From: Candidatus Foliamicus sp. | GTDB lineage: Bacteria > Pseudomonadota > Gammaproteobacteria > Steroidobacterales > Foliamicaceae | NCBI GenBank assembly: GCA_965206955.1 | Contig: OZ242252.1 | Coordinates: 2,734,963 to 2,798,962, forward strand | DNA: 64,000 nucleotides | Direction: 5' to 3' | Part shown: positions 19,014 through 27,506 of the stretch, piece after piece | How the letters are laid out: each line of letters opens with the position of its first letter | Numbering within the stretch: position 1 is the first letter of the stretch | The notes under the pieces: model-generated | Database searches by the model: none | The model's input: only the letters and a program-made list of their open reading frames with translations | Told to the model about the DNA's origin: nothing | Made by a program: the position numbers and the translations under genes

Positions 19014-19372
19014 ATGACAATCCTGCTGACCGCCGCAAATGGCCGAACCGGCCGTGCAGTTCTCACGGGACTGGCTAAGACAGAAATAACAAGCCGTTTC
19101 ATCGACTCCGCCTTATCTACCGGCACATCGAGATTCGTCTATTACTCGGTCATGCACCCGCTGCGCCGCGCGGTACGACATCACCGGCTCAAACTGGACG
19201 CGGAAGAAGCGCTGATCGAATCACGCAAATGCTCACCATGAACAAGCACTACGACCAATACGGGTTTCGCGGCAATCCCAATGTGCTGCGATGGGTCCTT
19301 GATCGTGAACCCAATACCTTTGAGAACTACGTGACGAGACTGGCAGCGGGAAGTCCGGGGACTTCACCGTAG
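19014..19372 (+). pseudogene. NmrA-family paralogue remnant with two large internal deletions
   Basis: MTILLTAANGRTGRAVLT | EITSRFID..VYYSVMHPLRRAVRHHRLKLD.EEALIES | ..MLTMNKHYDQYGF.GNPN: three blocks collinear with 16454-17323. Confidence 0.8.
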
Positions 19373-19454
19373 CGGGACCGTCCAGAGTTGATATGATATG
19401 AGTCCAATCTCATCCGATTGCCGAAATCGCAGCTTTCATCGGAGGACGGCGGAC

Positions 19455-19709
19455 ATGGCAAAACGCGCAAGCCTGTCGATCAGCGAACCAAACGAGAAGT
19501 GGATTCAAGCGCAGATCGGCAGCAAGGAATTTTCCAGCCGTAGCGAGGTGCTGAACGACCTGATCCGCAAAGCGCGGAAGACCGAGGCGATCCGCGAGCG
19601 GCTCAAGTTGGCAGAAACGTCGGCCAAAGAACATGGCTGGGTGACAAGAACGGCGGATGAAATGCTGGACGGCTTCAAGGAGAGCGCCCGTCGAGATGGC
19701 GAACTATAG
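19455..19709 (+). CDS. parD: ParD/CopG-type RHH antitoxin
   Basis: MAKRASLSISEPNEKWIQAQIGSKEFSSRSEVLNDLIRKARK. Overlaps the parE start. Confidence 0.75.
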   Translation: MAKRASLSISEPNEKWIQAQIGSKEFSSRSEVLNDLIRKARKTEAIRERLKLAETSAKEHGWVTRTADEMLDGFKESARRDGEL

Positions 19710-19983
19710 GCTCGCTCCCGAAGCGGAGGCCGACTTATAGCGCATTTGGCTCTATGGCGCGCGGCAGTGGGGAATCGCCGCTGCCGACAAACACCACCGG
19801 GCGTTTCACGAACGCTTCGAAGCGATCGCGGCCAACCCACTGCAATATCCGACCGTTGACCATATTCGCGATGGTTACCGCCGTAGTGTGCTCGGCAGAG
19901 ACAGCATCTATTTTCGGGTTGATGGCGAGAGGCCGGAGATCATGGCGATCATCGGACAGCAGAACCTGGATGAATGGCTCTAG
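19696..19983 (+). pseudogene. parE: ParE-family toxin with in-frame amber codon at codon 15
   Basis: MANYRLAPEAEADL-TAG(19738-19740)-RIWLYGARQWG...IYFRVDGERPEIMAIIGQQNLDEWL. Otherwise an uninterrupted 95-codon frame. Confidence 0.8.
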
Positions 19984-19998
19984 TCGTGCTCACCTCCC

Positions 19999-20125
19999 AT
20001 GGAACAACCCTGGGAACGAGGGCGTCCCGCCCTCGACGAGGGCAGGATGCCCTCGCTTGCATGGAACAAGCCTGGGAACGAGGGCGTCTCGCCCTCGTCG
20101 AGGGCAGGATGCCCTCGCTCCCAGC
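19999..20125. repeat. Two tandem about 61-bp REP-like units
   Basis: atggaacaa(c/g)cctgggaacgagggcgtc(c/t)cgccctcg(a/t)cgagggcaggatgccctcgct.. repeated twice. Confidence 0.85.
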
Positions 20126-20172
20126 GTGTTCCCTGCGCGTCAGCGTAGCGGCGCCCGCTGCGAATACTCCCA

Positions 20173-20631
20173 ATGAGATTAACTTTAGCGCTCGCCGCGC
20201 TCGCAACGGTGTTTGTGCCGGCTGCTGCCGCGCTGGCTGCAGGTTCAAAGGTATTCGATCTGGAAATTGGCGATCCAAAGCACAAGGGCCAGCAGGTTGC
20301 GGTGGTGCTCGACGGCATTACCGATACCTCCACCGGCGAGTTGTTGACCCCGCGGGAAATGGCGGAACGGCTGGCCGATACCCGCATACTTTTCATCGGT
20401 GAGGACCACACCGACATGGACTTTCACCGTGTGCAGGCGAGAATCATGGAAGAGCTGCACCGCAACGGCCGCGAGGTGATGGTCGGGCCGGAGATGAATG
20501 GCCAGACAGTGGCCGGCTTCGGCGCTTTTTCCGATTTCCTCAAAACCCTGGCGCCGGGCGATACTGTCACCGCGATGGTACTACGCGATGCGCAAACGAT
20601 CAGCGTCGCTGTTACGGTGGCGCCACGCTAA
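20173..20631 (+). pseudogene. In-frame chimeric remnant: ChaN-like N-terminus (about 107 aa) fused to the last about 45 aa (PDZ tail) of the M1/M28 peptidase
   Basis: Residues 1-107 parallel 21518-21840. The tail NGQTVAGFGAFSDFLKTLAPGDTVTAMVLRD... parallels 26056-26193. The junction falls at a shared ..GAGATG (..EM) microhomology. Confidence 0.8.
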
Positions 20632-20693
20632 TACTCGTTAGCCACCGCGCCTCGGATGAGGCCGCCATTCGTTGATCCAGCGCTTCAACGGTT

Positions 20694-20990
20694 TCAAGCA
20701 GTGGTCCGGGGCCGGTAGTGCTCTACCTTGAGTTGATCTTCCTTCCGCCGAACCTGGGCCAGGTCATAGCTTGTTTGGCGCCGCAACCAGAACTCCGCGT
20801 TGGACCAGCCTGCCTTTTCCAGGCGCAAGGCCATTTCCGGCGAAACCCCGGCATGTCCGTGCAGGACGCGGGAAAGCGTGTGCCGGGCAACACCCAATAT
20901 CCTGGCAGCCTGGCTGACGTTAAGACCTAGCGGCCGCAAGCAATTCTCCATGATGCTGAGACCTGGATGGGGAGGGATCTTCATGGCCAT
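20694..20990 (-). CDS. higA: HigA-family HTH antitoxin
   Basis: [38 protein letters not shown]. Confidence 0.9.
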   Translation of the reverse strand: MAMKIPPHPGLSIMENCLRPLGLNVSQAARILGVARHTLSRVLHGHAGVSPEMALRLEKAGWSNAEFWLRRQTSYDLAQVRRKEDQLKVEHYRPRTTA

Positions 20991-21005
20991 ATTTATTGCC
21001 TCCTG

Positions 21006-21284
21006 TTAGTGGTAATCGACCAGGTCAACATCGCAAACATCACCTTCTTCGAAGCGAAAGGTGATGCGCCAGTTGCCGGAAATCGAAATGCTCCAATACT
21101 CTTTCAAACGGCCTTTCAATCGGTGCAGCCGATAACCGGGCACGTCAAGGTCTTCGGGTCTGCTTGCACTATCCAGGTCCGCCAGCGCAAGGGCGATTCG
21201 CCCAACCTGATCGGACCGCACTTTGCTTGTATCTCCTCTTGCGTACAGGCGCTTCAGCCCACCGTGTCTGAATTTGCGAATCAC
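21006..21284 (-). CDS. higB: HigB (plasmid-maintenance killer type, RelE fold) toxin
   Basis: VIRKFRHGGLKRLYARGDTSKV....LKGRLKEYWSISISGNWRITFRFEEGDVCDVDLVDYH. GTG start chosen (92 aa); the ORF extends to 21311 across the operator. Confidence 0.85.
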   Translation of the reverse strand: MIRKFRHGGLKRLYARGDTSKVRSDQVGRIALALADLDSASRPEDLDVPGYRLHRLKGRLKEYWSISISGNWRITFRFEEGDVCDVDLVDYH

Positions 21285-21290
21285 GCTGGA

Positions 21291-21311
21291 GTGTATCGCG
21301 GCACGGTACAC
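21291..21311. promoter_or_regulatory. Putative higBA operator palindrome
   Basis: gtgtatcg-cggca-cggtacac immediately upstream of higB. Paralogous to 4026-4046. Confidence 0.4.
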
Positions 21312-21368
21312 ATATCAAGCGATAGCCTTGTCCAATGAGACATGAGTCTGGGTGGGCGCAGCGGAACC

Positions 21369-21470
21369 ATGACCTGCCTGCTGACCGCCATCGTGGCCAC
21401 CAACCCGGGACATCTCCACGCGACCTGTGAGCTGGCCGGCCCGGAGGCCCTAAGCCAGCGCGACATGTAA
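21369..21470 (+). pseudogene. NmrA-family gene fragment (about 30 codons)
   Basis: ..AIVATNPGHLHATCELAGPEALSQRDM matches 16990-17070 of the intact gene. Confidence 0.65.
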
Positions 21471-21517
21471 CAATAAGGGGGGCAAGACCCACGATCAGCA
21501 CCAGCAATCACCTCCCA

Positions 21518-22756
21518 ATGAGATCAACTCTAAAGCTCGCTGCGCTCGCAACGGTGTTTGCGCCGGCTGCTGCCGCATTTGCGGCCGGTTCCACTGTATT
21601 CGATCTGGAAATTGGCGATCCAAAGCGCAAGGGCCGGCAGGCTGCGGTCGTGCTCGACGGTATTACCGACACCACCACCGGCGAGTTGCTGACCCCACAG
21701 GAATTGGCGGAACGGCTGGCCGATACCCGCATCCTTTTCATTGGTGAGGACCACACCGACATGGACTTTCACCGTGTGCAGGCGAGAATCATGGAAGAGC
21801 TGCACCGCAACGGCCGCGAGGTGATGGTCGGGCTGGAAATGTTCCCGTATACGCGCCAGGAATTTCTGAACGAATGGAGCGGCGGCTCACTGACCGAAGA
21901 AGAGTTCATTGAATTGTCCGGTTGGTACGAGAGCTGGAGTTATCGCTGGGACTACTACCGGCGTATTTTTCTGTTCGCCCGGGACAACGGCATCCCGATG
22001 TTTGGCGTGAACATTCCCCGCGACCAGGTAAGGACGGTGCGCATGAAGGGCTTCGAGGGCTTGAGCGCCGAGCAGGCTGCGCATATGCCGGAGTCCGTGA
22101 ACACAAACAGCGACGAACACCGGCAATTATTCCGCGCTTATTTCGAACACGACGACGCGCTGCACGCGGCCATCAGTGAAGAGCAGTGGGACGGTATGTA
22201 CCGGGCGCAGTGCACCTGGGACGCGGCGATGGGCTGGAATGCGCGCATGGCGCTGGAACGGCACGGTGGCGAGGACGCCATCATGGTGGTGTTGATCGGA
22301 GCGGGCCATGTCACCTACGGTCTGGGCGCGGAGCGGCAAATCAAGGATGCGTTTGACGGCCGGATCAGTTCCCTGGTGCCGGTGCCGATACGGGACCATG
22401 AAAACCAACCGGTCCATGAGGTGAGAGCTTCCTACGCCAACTTCATCTGGGGCGTGCCGCCCGAGACCGAGCCGGTGTATCCGAGCCTGGGGGTTTCGCT
22501 GGCCGGCGCCTTGGGCTCAGCCCCGACCCAGGTCATTCAGGTCAGCGACGACTCGGTGGCGCAGCGTGCCGGGATCCAGGTCGGGGATGTGCTGCTGTAT
22601 CTCGACGAAAGCAAGCTGGACTCGGGCGTCGCGCTTGGCAAGCAGATCGCGAGCTATGACTGGGGCGACAGCGCCGTGTTGCGGTTCGAGCGTGACGGAG
22701 AGGTCCGGACGCTGGATTTACATTTTCGTCGCGTGCCGGCTGAGACGGACAACTAG
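21518..22756 (+). CDS. ChaN/Tiki-like (haem-binding uptake family) protein with C-terminal PDZ domain
   Basis: Signal peptide; ILFIGEDHTDMDFHRVQARIMEEL; C-terminal PDZ-like ..GIQVGDVLLYLDESKL. Confidence 0.75.
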   Translation: MRSTLKLAALATVFAPAAAAFAAGSTVFDLEIGDPKRKGRQAAVVLDGITDTTTGELLTPQELAERLADTRILFIGEDHTDMDFHRVQARIMEELHRNGREVMVGLEMFPYTRQEFLNEWSGGSLTEEEFIELSGWYESWSYRWDYYRRIFLFARDNGIPMFGVNIPRDQVRTVRMKGFEGLSAEQAAHMPESVNTNSDEHRQLFRAYFEHDDALHAAISEEQWDGMYRAQCTWDAAMGWNARMALERHGGEDAIMVVLIGAGHVTYGLGAERQIKDAFDGRISSLVPVPIRDHENQPVHEVRASYANFIWGVPPETEPVYPSLGVSLAGALGSAPTQVIQVSDDSVAQRAGIQVGDVLLYLDESKLDSGVALGKQIASYDWGDSAVLRFERDGEVRTLDLHFRRVPAETDN

Positions 22757-22779
22757 CTCGTGCGGGCATAACCATAACC

Positions 22780-25700
22780 ATGTATGCATTACATCAACGC
22801 CTGACTGATTTCGGCGGCGCCCGGCGTTGGATTCCGCTGCTGTTTCTGGTGGCGGGGACGGCGTATGCCGAAAACGAAACGCACTACCAGCTCGCTGTCG
22901 CCATCGAGCCGGACACTCATCAGCTCAAAGTATCTGCCATGGTCGAATTGCCGCCGGAGTATGCCGGACGCTCGGTCGAGTTTCTTCTGACGTCGGCCCT
23001 GCAAATCGACGACTCCGACCCGAACGTGAACCGCTTGCAATACGAACAAGGTGGTTTTACCGGCATTAATGGCTCCAGTGTGGTGTTGGGCGAACTCGAG
23101 GCAATCGCGCGTTACCGGGTCAACCTGCCTGAAGGTTCGAGCACGCTGAAACTCACCTACAGCGGCACGCTGAACTTCCCGCTGTCTTCCCCGGAGGAGG
23201 AATACGCCCGCGGCATCACGGAAACCGCCGGCCTGGTCCGTAGCGACGGCGTGTATCTTGCCGGCGGCACGCTGTGGTACCCCTACTTCAGCGATGAGCT
23301 GGTCAGCTTTGAGCTCGCGGCCGCGGTGCCCGACGGCTGGCACCTGATCAGCCAGGGCAATGGGACTTCGCGGGATCAAGCCACACTGGCACGTTGGGAT
23401 TCGGGCGGCCTGGTGGACGAGATTTACCTGGTCGGCGGTCCTTTGACACCGTACGAAGAGGCGGCCGGCGCAGTGGCGGCGCAGGTGTACTTGAGAAAGC
23501 CCGATGCAGCGCTGGCCGAGAAGTATCTTTCCGCCACCGCTCAGTACATCGAAATGTACCGCGGATTGATCGGGCCCTATCCGTACGGCAAGTTCGCATT
23601 GGTGGAGAATTTCTGGGAGACCGGTTACGGCATGCCGTCGTTCACCTTGCTGGGACCGCAGGTCATTCGCTTCCCGTTCATCCTGACTTCTTCCTATCCC
23701 CATGAGATCCTGCACAACTGGTGGGGCAATTCGGTGTTCGTCGATTACCCCACCGGCAACTGGTGCGAAGGATTGACTGCCTACATGGCCGATCACCTGA
23801 TGAAGGAGCAGGTGGATCAAGCCGCGGAGTATCGGCGCGATACGCTGAAGAAATACCGTGATTTTGTTCGTGACGGCCGCGATTTTCCGCTGACCGAATT
23901 TCGTTCCCGGCACAGCGCCGCGACCGAAGCCGTCGGTTACGGCAAGACGCTGATGGGATTTCATATGCTGCGCCGGCAGCTCGGTGACGAAGCGTTCACG
24001 ACGGCGCTGGCGCGCTTTTACCGCGAGCACCGCGGCAGCAAGGCAGGCTTTGGCGATATCCGGGCGCAACTGGAACACGTTTCCGGTCAGGACCTTAAGC
24101 TGTTCTTCGAACAATGGGTGGAACTCGCCGGTGCGGCCGACCTGCGTCTCGATGCGGTCGAGGTTCAGACCACACACGACGGTTTTGAAGTGACCGGCGT
24201 GCTGCGACAGGTCCAGGCCGGTGCGAAATTCGACTTGCAGGTGCCGTTGTCGCTTACCACTGCCGATGGACTGGAGACCCAGGTGCTGAGCGTGACCAAG
24301 GCAGCGACGTCATTCTCGTTTGCGACCGTTTCCCAACCGCAGTTACTGGAAGTCGACCCGGAATTCGACCTGTTCCGACTGCTGGATGCGCGCGAAACCG
24401 CAGCGTCGATCGGCCAGGTGTTCGGTGATCGAAAACTGTTGGCAATCCTGCCGGCAGCGGCGGACGAAGCGACCCGCGGCGCTTATCGCGAGATGGTTGA
24501 ACGTTGGCAAAGTCCAACGCAGAACATGACGATCGTGCTCGACGCCGACGTTGATGCCAATGAATTGCCGGCTGACGCTGCCGTCTGGGTCCTGGGTCGG
24601 GACAACCGGTTCGCCACGGTTTTGTTTCAGTCGGACCCCGGGCTGGGACTGACGGTCAGCGACACCGGCTTGCAGTTCCAGGATCGGGCGATTCCCGCTG
24701 CCGGCCATTCGACTGTGGTGGTGCGCCGGCATCCCGCGAACGTCAACAAGGCGGTCGGCTGGATTGTCGTCGATCCCGTTGCCGCATTCCCCGGAGTGGC
24801 TTCCAAGTTGCCCCATTACGGCAAGTATTCCTACCTCGCTTTCGAAGGCGACGAGCCGACCAGCATTGCCAGCGGTGAATGGGCCAACAACGATTCGCCG
24901 CTGCGGGCCGACTTACGCAGCCCGGAACAACGCGCCGCCGGTCCGGTGATTGCCGCGCCCCACCCGGCTCGCAAACCGCTCGCCGAACTCCCGGCGGTCT
25001 TTTCCGAGGAACGGCTGAAACAACACGTGGACTACCTCGCCTCACCCGAGATGGAAGGCCGCGGGCTTGGCTCAACGCAGTTGGAAGAGGCAGCCGCCTA
25101 TATAGCCGGCGAATTTGCAAACGCTGGCCTTGCAGCCGCCGGTGACGACGGCAGCTATCTCCAGGGTTTCACGGTCGAAGAGGGGGAAGACGGGCAACCG
25201 CATCGGGTCCACAACGTCATCGGTTACCTGCCCGGGACCAATCCGGCGTATGCGGACCAGGCCGTATTGATTACCGCCCACTATGACCACCTCGGACACG
25301 GCTGGCCCGATGTCCGGCAGTCGGATGCCGGCCGGATTTATCCCGGCGCCGATGACAACGCCAGCGGCGTGGCCGTATTGATCGAGCTGGCACGCAACTT
25401 TGCTGCCGGAGCGCCCCCCGAGCGTAATTTGGCCTTTGTGGCGTTCAGCGCCGAGGAAGCGGGATTGCAGGGCTCGCGCTACTACGCGGAGCATCCGCGC
25501 CCCGCGCCGCTGGAAGGCATCGTCGGTGTGATCAATCTCGATAGCGTGGGACGATTGGAAGATCAGCCGGTATCGGTACTGGCCACGGGCAGCGCGATGG
25601 AGTGGCCGTTCGTGTTTCGTGGCGTCAGCGCGGTGACGAGCATCCCCAGTGAAAACATTGCCGGTGCGGCCGCGTCGTCAGACCAGCAGAGTTTCATTGA

Positions 25701-26193
25701 TCGCGGCGTGCCGGGAGTGCAGATCTTCACCGGCGCCCATGGTGACTATCACCAAGCCAGCGACACGCCGGACAAGATCAACGCCGCCGGCATGGTCAAA
25801 GTCGCGACATTCGTCAAGGAAGCGACCGCCTACCTGATTCAGCGCGAGGAACCCATGGTCCTATCCGGCAGCACGACAGCCGCGGGTTCCGCCGGTTCCG
25901 ACGACCGGCCAGCCAACACGGAAGGACAGCGACGCGTGTCTTTCGGCACCGTGCCGGACTTTGCCCACAACGCCGAGGGGGTGCGAGTGGACTCGGTGGT
26001 GCCCGGCTCGCCGGCCGAATTGGCCGGAATACAGGCGGGCGACGTATTGCTTGAGATGAACGGCCAGACAATGGCCGGCCTCGGCGCTTTTTCCGATTTT
26101 CTCAAGACCCTGGCGCCGGGGGATACCGTCACCGCGACAGTGCTGCGCGACGGGCGAACGATCAGCGTTGTTGTTACGGTGGTGGCGCGCTGA
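22780..26193 (+). CDS. Large secreted fusion peptidase: M1-like gluzincin + M28 aminopeptidase + PDZ
   Basis: HEILHNWWGN...NWCEGLTAYMA (HEXXH-18-E). HYDHLGHG, GADDNASGVAVLIELAR, SAEEAGLQGS (M28). C-terminal PDZ ..GIQAGDVLLEMNGQ. Confidence 0.85.
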   Translation: MYALHQRLTDFGGARRWIPLLFLVAGTAYAENETHYQLAVAIEPDTHQLKVSAMVELPPEYAGRSVEFLLTSALQIDDSDPNVNRLQYEQGGFTGINGSSVVLGELEAIARYRVNLPEGSSTLKLTYSGTLNFPLSSPEEEYARGITETAGLVRSDGVYLAGGTLWYPYFSDELVSFELAAAVPDGWHLISQGNGTSRDQATLARWDSGGLVDEIYLVGGPLTPYEEAAGAVAAQVYLRKPDAALAEKYLSATAQYIEMYRGLIGPYPYGKFALVENFWETGYGMPSFTLLGPQVIRFPFILTSSYPHEILHNWWGNSVFVDYPTGNWCEGLTAYMADHLMKEQVDQAAEYRRDTLKKYRDFVRDGRDFPLTEFRSRHSAATEAVGYGKTLMGFHMLRRQLGDEAFTTALARFYREHRGSKAGFGDIRAQLEHVSGQDLKLFFEQWVELAGAADLRLDAVEVQTTHDGFEVTGVLRQVQAGAKFDLQVPLSLTTADGLETQVLSVTKAATSFSFATVSQPQLLEVDPEFDLFRLLDARETAASIGQVFGDRKLLAILPAAADEATRGAYREMVERWQSPTQNMTIVLDADVDANELPADAAVWVLGRDNRFATVLFQSDPGLGLTVSDTGLQFQDRAIPAAGHSTVVVRRHPANVNKAVGWIVVDPVAAFPGVASKLPHYGKYSYLAFEGDEPTSIASGEWANNDSPLRADLRSPEQRAAGPVIAAPHPARKPLAELPAVFSEERLKQHVDYLASPEMEGRGLGSTQLEEAAAYIAGEFANAGLAAAGDDGSYLQGFTVEEGEDGQPHRVHNVIGYLPGTNPAYADQAVLITAHYDHLGHGWPDVRQSDAGRIYPGADDNASGVAVLIELARNFAAGAPPERNLAFVAFSAEEAGLQGSRYYAEHPRPAPLEGIVGVINLDSVGRLEDQPVSVLATGSAMEWPFVFRGVSAVTSIPSENIAGAAASSDQQSFIDRGVPGVQIFTGAHGDYHQASDTPDKINAAGMVKVATFVKEATAYLIQREEPMVLSGSTTAAGSAGSDDRPANTEGQRRVSFGTVPDFAHNAEGVRVDSVVPGSPAELAGIQAGDVLLEMNGQTMAGLGAFSDFLKTLAPGDTVTATVLRDGRTISVVVTVVAR

Positions 26194-26678
26194 TGATGCT
26201 GGCTGCTATCGCCCGCATCGTGTAATCGAACTCGCCTACATCCGGCGCCCAGGAAGGATCCGTGGGCGTAACGAACACCCTCGCCAGCTTGAGGCGACCA
26301 AGGAAGGGATAGACCGGCTCGCCCGGCGGACGGACCAAGATTCAGCCGTACTGCGCCAGCCAGTAGTAATCGCCGGAAAGGTTGGCCTGCGCCCTTGCGA
26401 ATTCGAAATGATTGTTATAAGGATCGCTCAGATCGTAAGGACCCGTGCGATCCGACACCCACCGGGGGAGATTGAATGCGTCCTTCGGCGAGCTCTCGCT
26501 GCCCGCGTAATTCCGGAGAATACCGGGGTCTTGATCTCTGCATCGTGGGATCCTCCTTCCCAAAGGATCAGGTACCCACGAAAACGGGTCAACTCCAAAA
26601 CACCAACAACAACTCGCCAACCCAAATTCAACTTAGGCCAGCAGCCCAAATCTACTTTGGTAACATACCCAACAAAAA

Positions 26679-27386
26679 ATGACAAATCTCAATTGGACAG
26701 GCGACGAGCTTCTGCTTGCCCTGGACTTGTTCTTTCGTCTAGAGGGTAACAGAGCTACTCAATTGGACAGGCGAGTTCAGGAACTTTCCGCGTTATTGCG
26801 GACTAACCCAGCGTGGGCAGGCAGACGATTGGGCGCAAATTTTCGGAGCGCCGCAGCAGTAGTAAGTAAACTAAGCAATATTCGTTTTGTTTCTGGCGGA
26901 CGCGGAATGCCCCATGCGAGTCAATTGGACCGCGAAATTTGGCAGAGATACGGACACCGGCCACAATCTGTGAGGCAAAAAACAGAAGTCATTCGACGCG
27001 CCATCCGATCCGGCGCACAGGCTACCGTAAGCGAAATCGAAGATATAGAGTTTAGGGAAGGCGGATTAGTTACACGCCAGCACAGGTTTCGTGAACGAAA
27101 TCCAAACGTGCGAAAAAAAGTCCTTGCTTCCCTCTCGGCCAAAGGCGAACTTGAATGCGAGATTTGCGACGTGTCCTTTCCGACGCTGGACGACAGGCTC
27201 AAGCTGGCGGCATTTGAAGTGCATCACGTAGTACCCGTCGCCATTGCAGGAGAAAGGAAGGTCAGAATTAGTGACATGGCGCTGTTGTGCGCCACCTGCC
27301 ACCGACAACTGCATGCGTTGATAGCTAATCAGCAAGGCTGGGTTGATTTGGAAACGGCAAAACAGGTTCTTTGCGGCAATTTATGA
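26679..27386 (+). CDS. HNH endonuclease with uncharacterised N-terminal domain
   Basis: CEICDVSFP...FEVHHVVPVA...LLCATCHRQLH. Confidence 0.8.
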   Translation: MTNLNWTGDELLLALDLFFRLEGNRATQLDRRVQELSALLRTNPAWAGRRLGANFRSAAAVVSKLSNIRFVSGGRGMPHASQLDREIWQRYGHRPQSVRQKTEVIRRAIRSGAQATVSEIEDIEFREGGLVTRQHRFRERNPNVRKKVLASLSAKGELECEICDVSFPTLDDRLKLAAFEVHHVVPVAIAGERKVRISDMALLCATCHRQLHALIANQQGWVDLETAKQVLCGNL

Positions 27387-27506
27387 ACTCTTGTGCAGCA
27401 ATCAGTTTACCGGCGACAAGAAAGCACTAGTCCGTTGATTCTACCGGCGGTTCTACATTTGGTTGCTCCCGTGTAGCGCGCACGAAAATGAGCTAAGAAA
27501 GCAATA

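Noticed and set aside
22789-24177. 462-aa ORF antisense to the M1/M28 peptidase gene
   Set aside because: It lies entirely within a well-supported plus-strand gene. Its Arg/Gly/Pro/Ala-rich composition is typical of spurious antisense ORFs in GC-rich DNA, and no motif was seen.
26342-26620. 92-aa minus-strand ORF at the island boundary (..PYDLSDPYNNHFEFARAQANLSGDYYWLAQYG)
   Set aside because: Its composition looks protein-like and it may be a C-terminal gene remnant. It has no recognisable motif, no convincing start and no partner, so it is not reported as a feature.
26194-26678. tRNA or att site at the island junction
   Set aside because: Scanning by eye found no cloverleaf-compatible sequence or repeat. 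A tRNA-scan and comparison with the far end of the island (outside the window) are needed.
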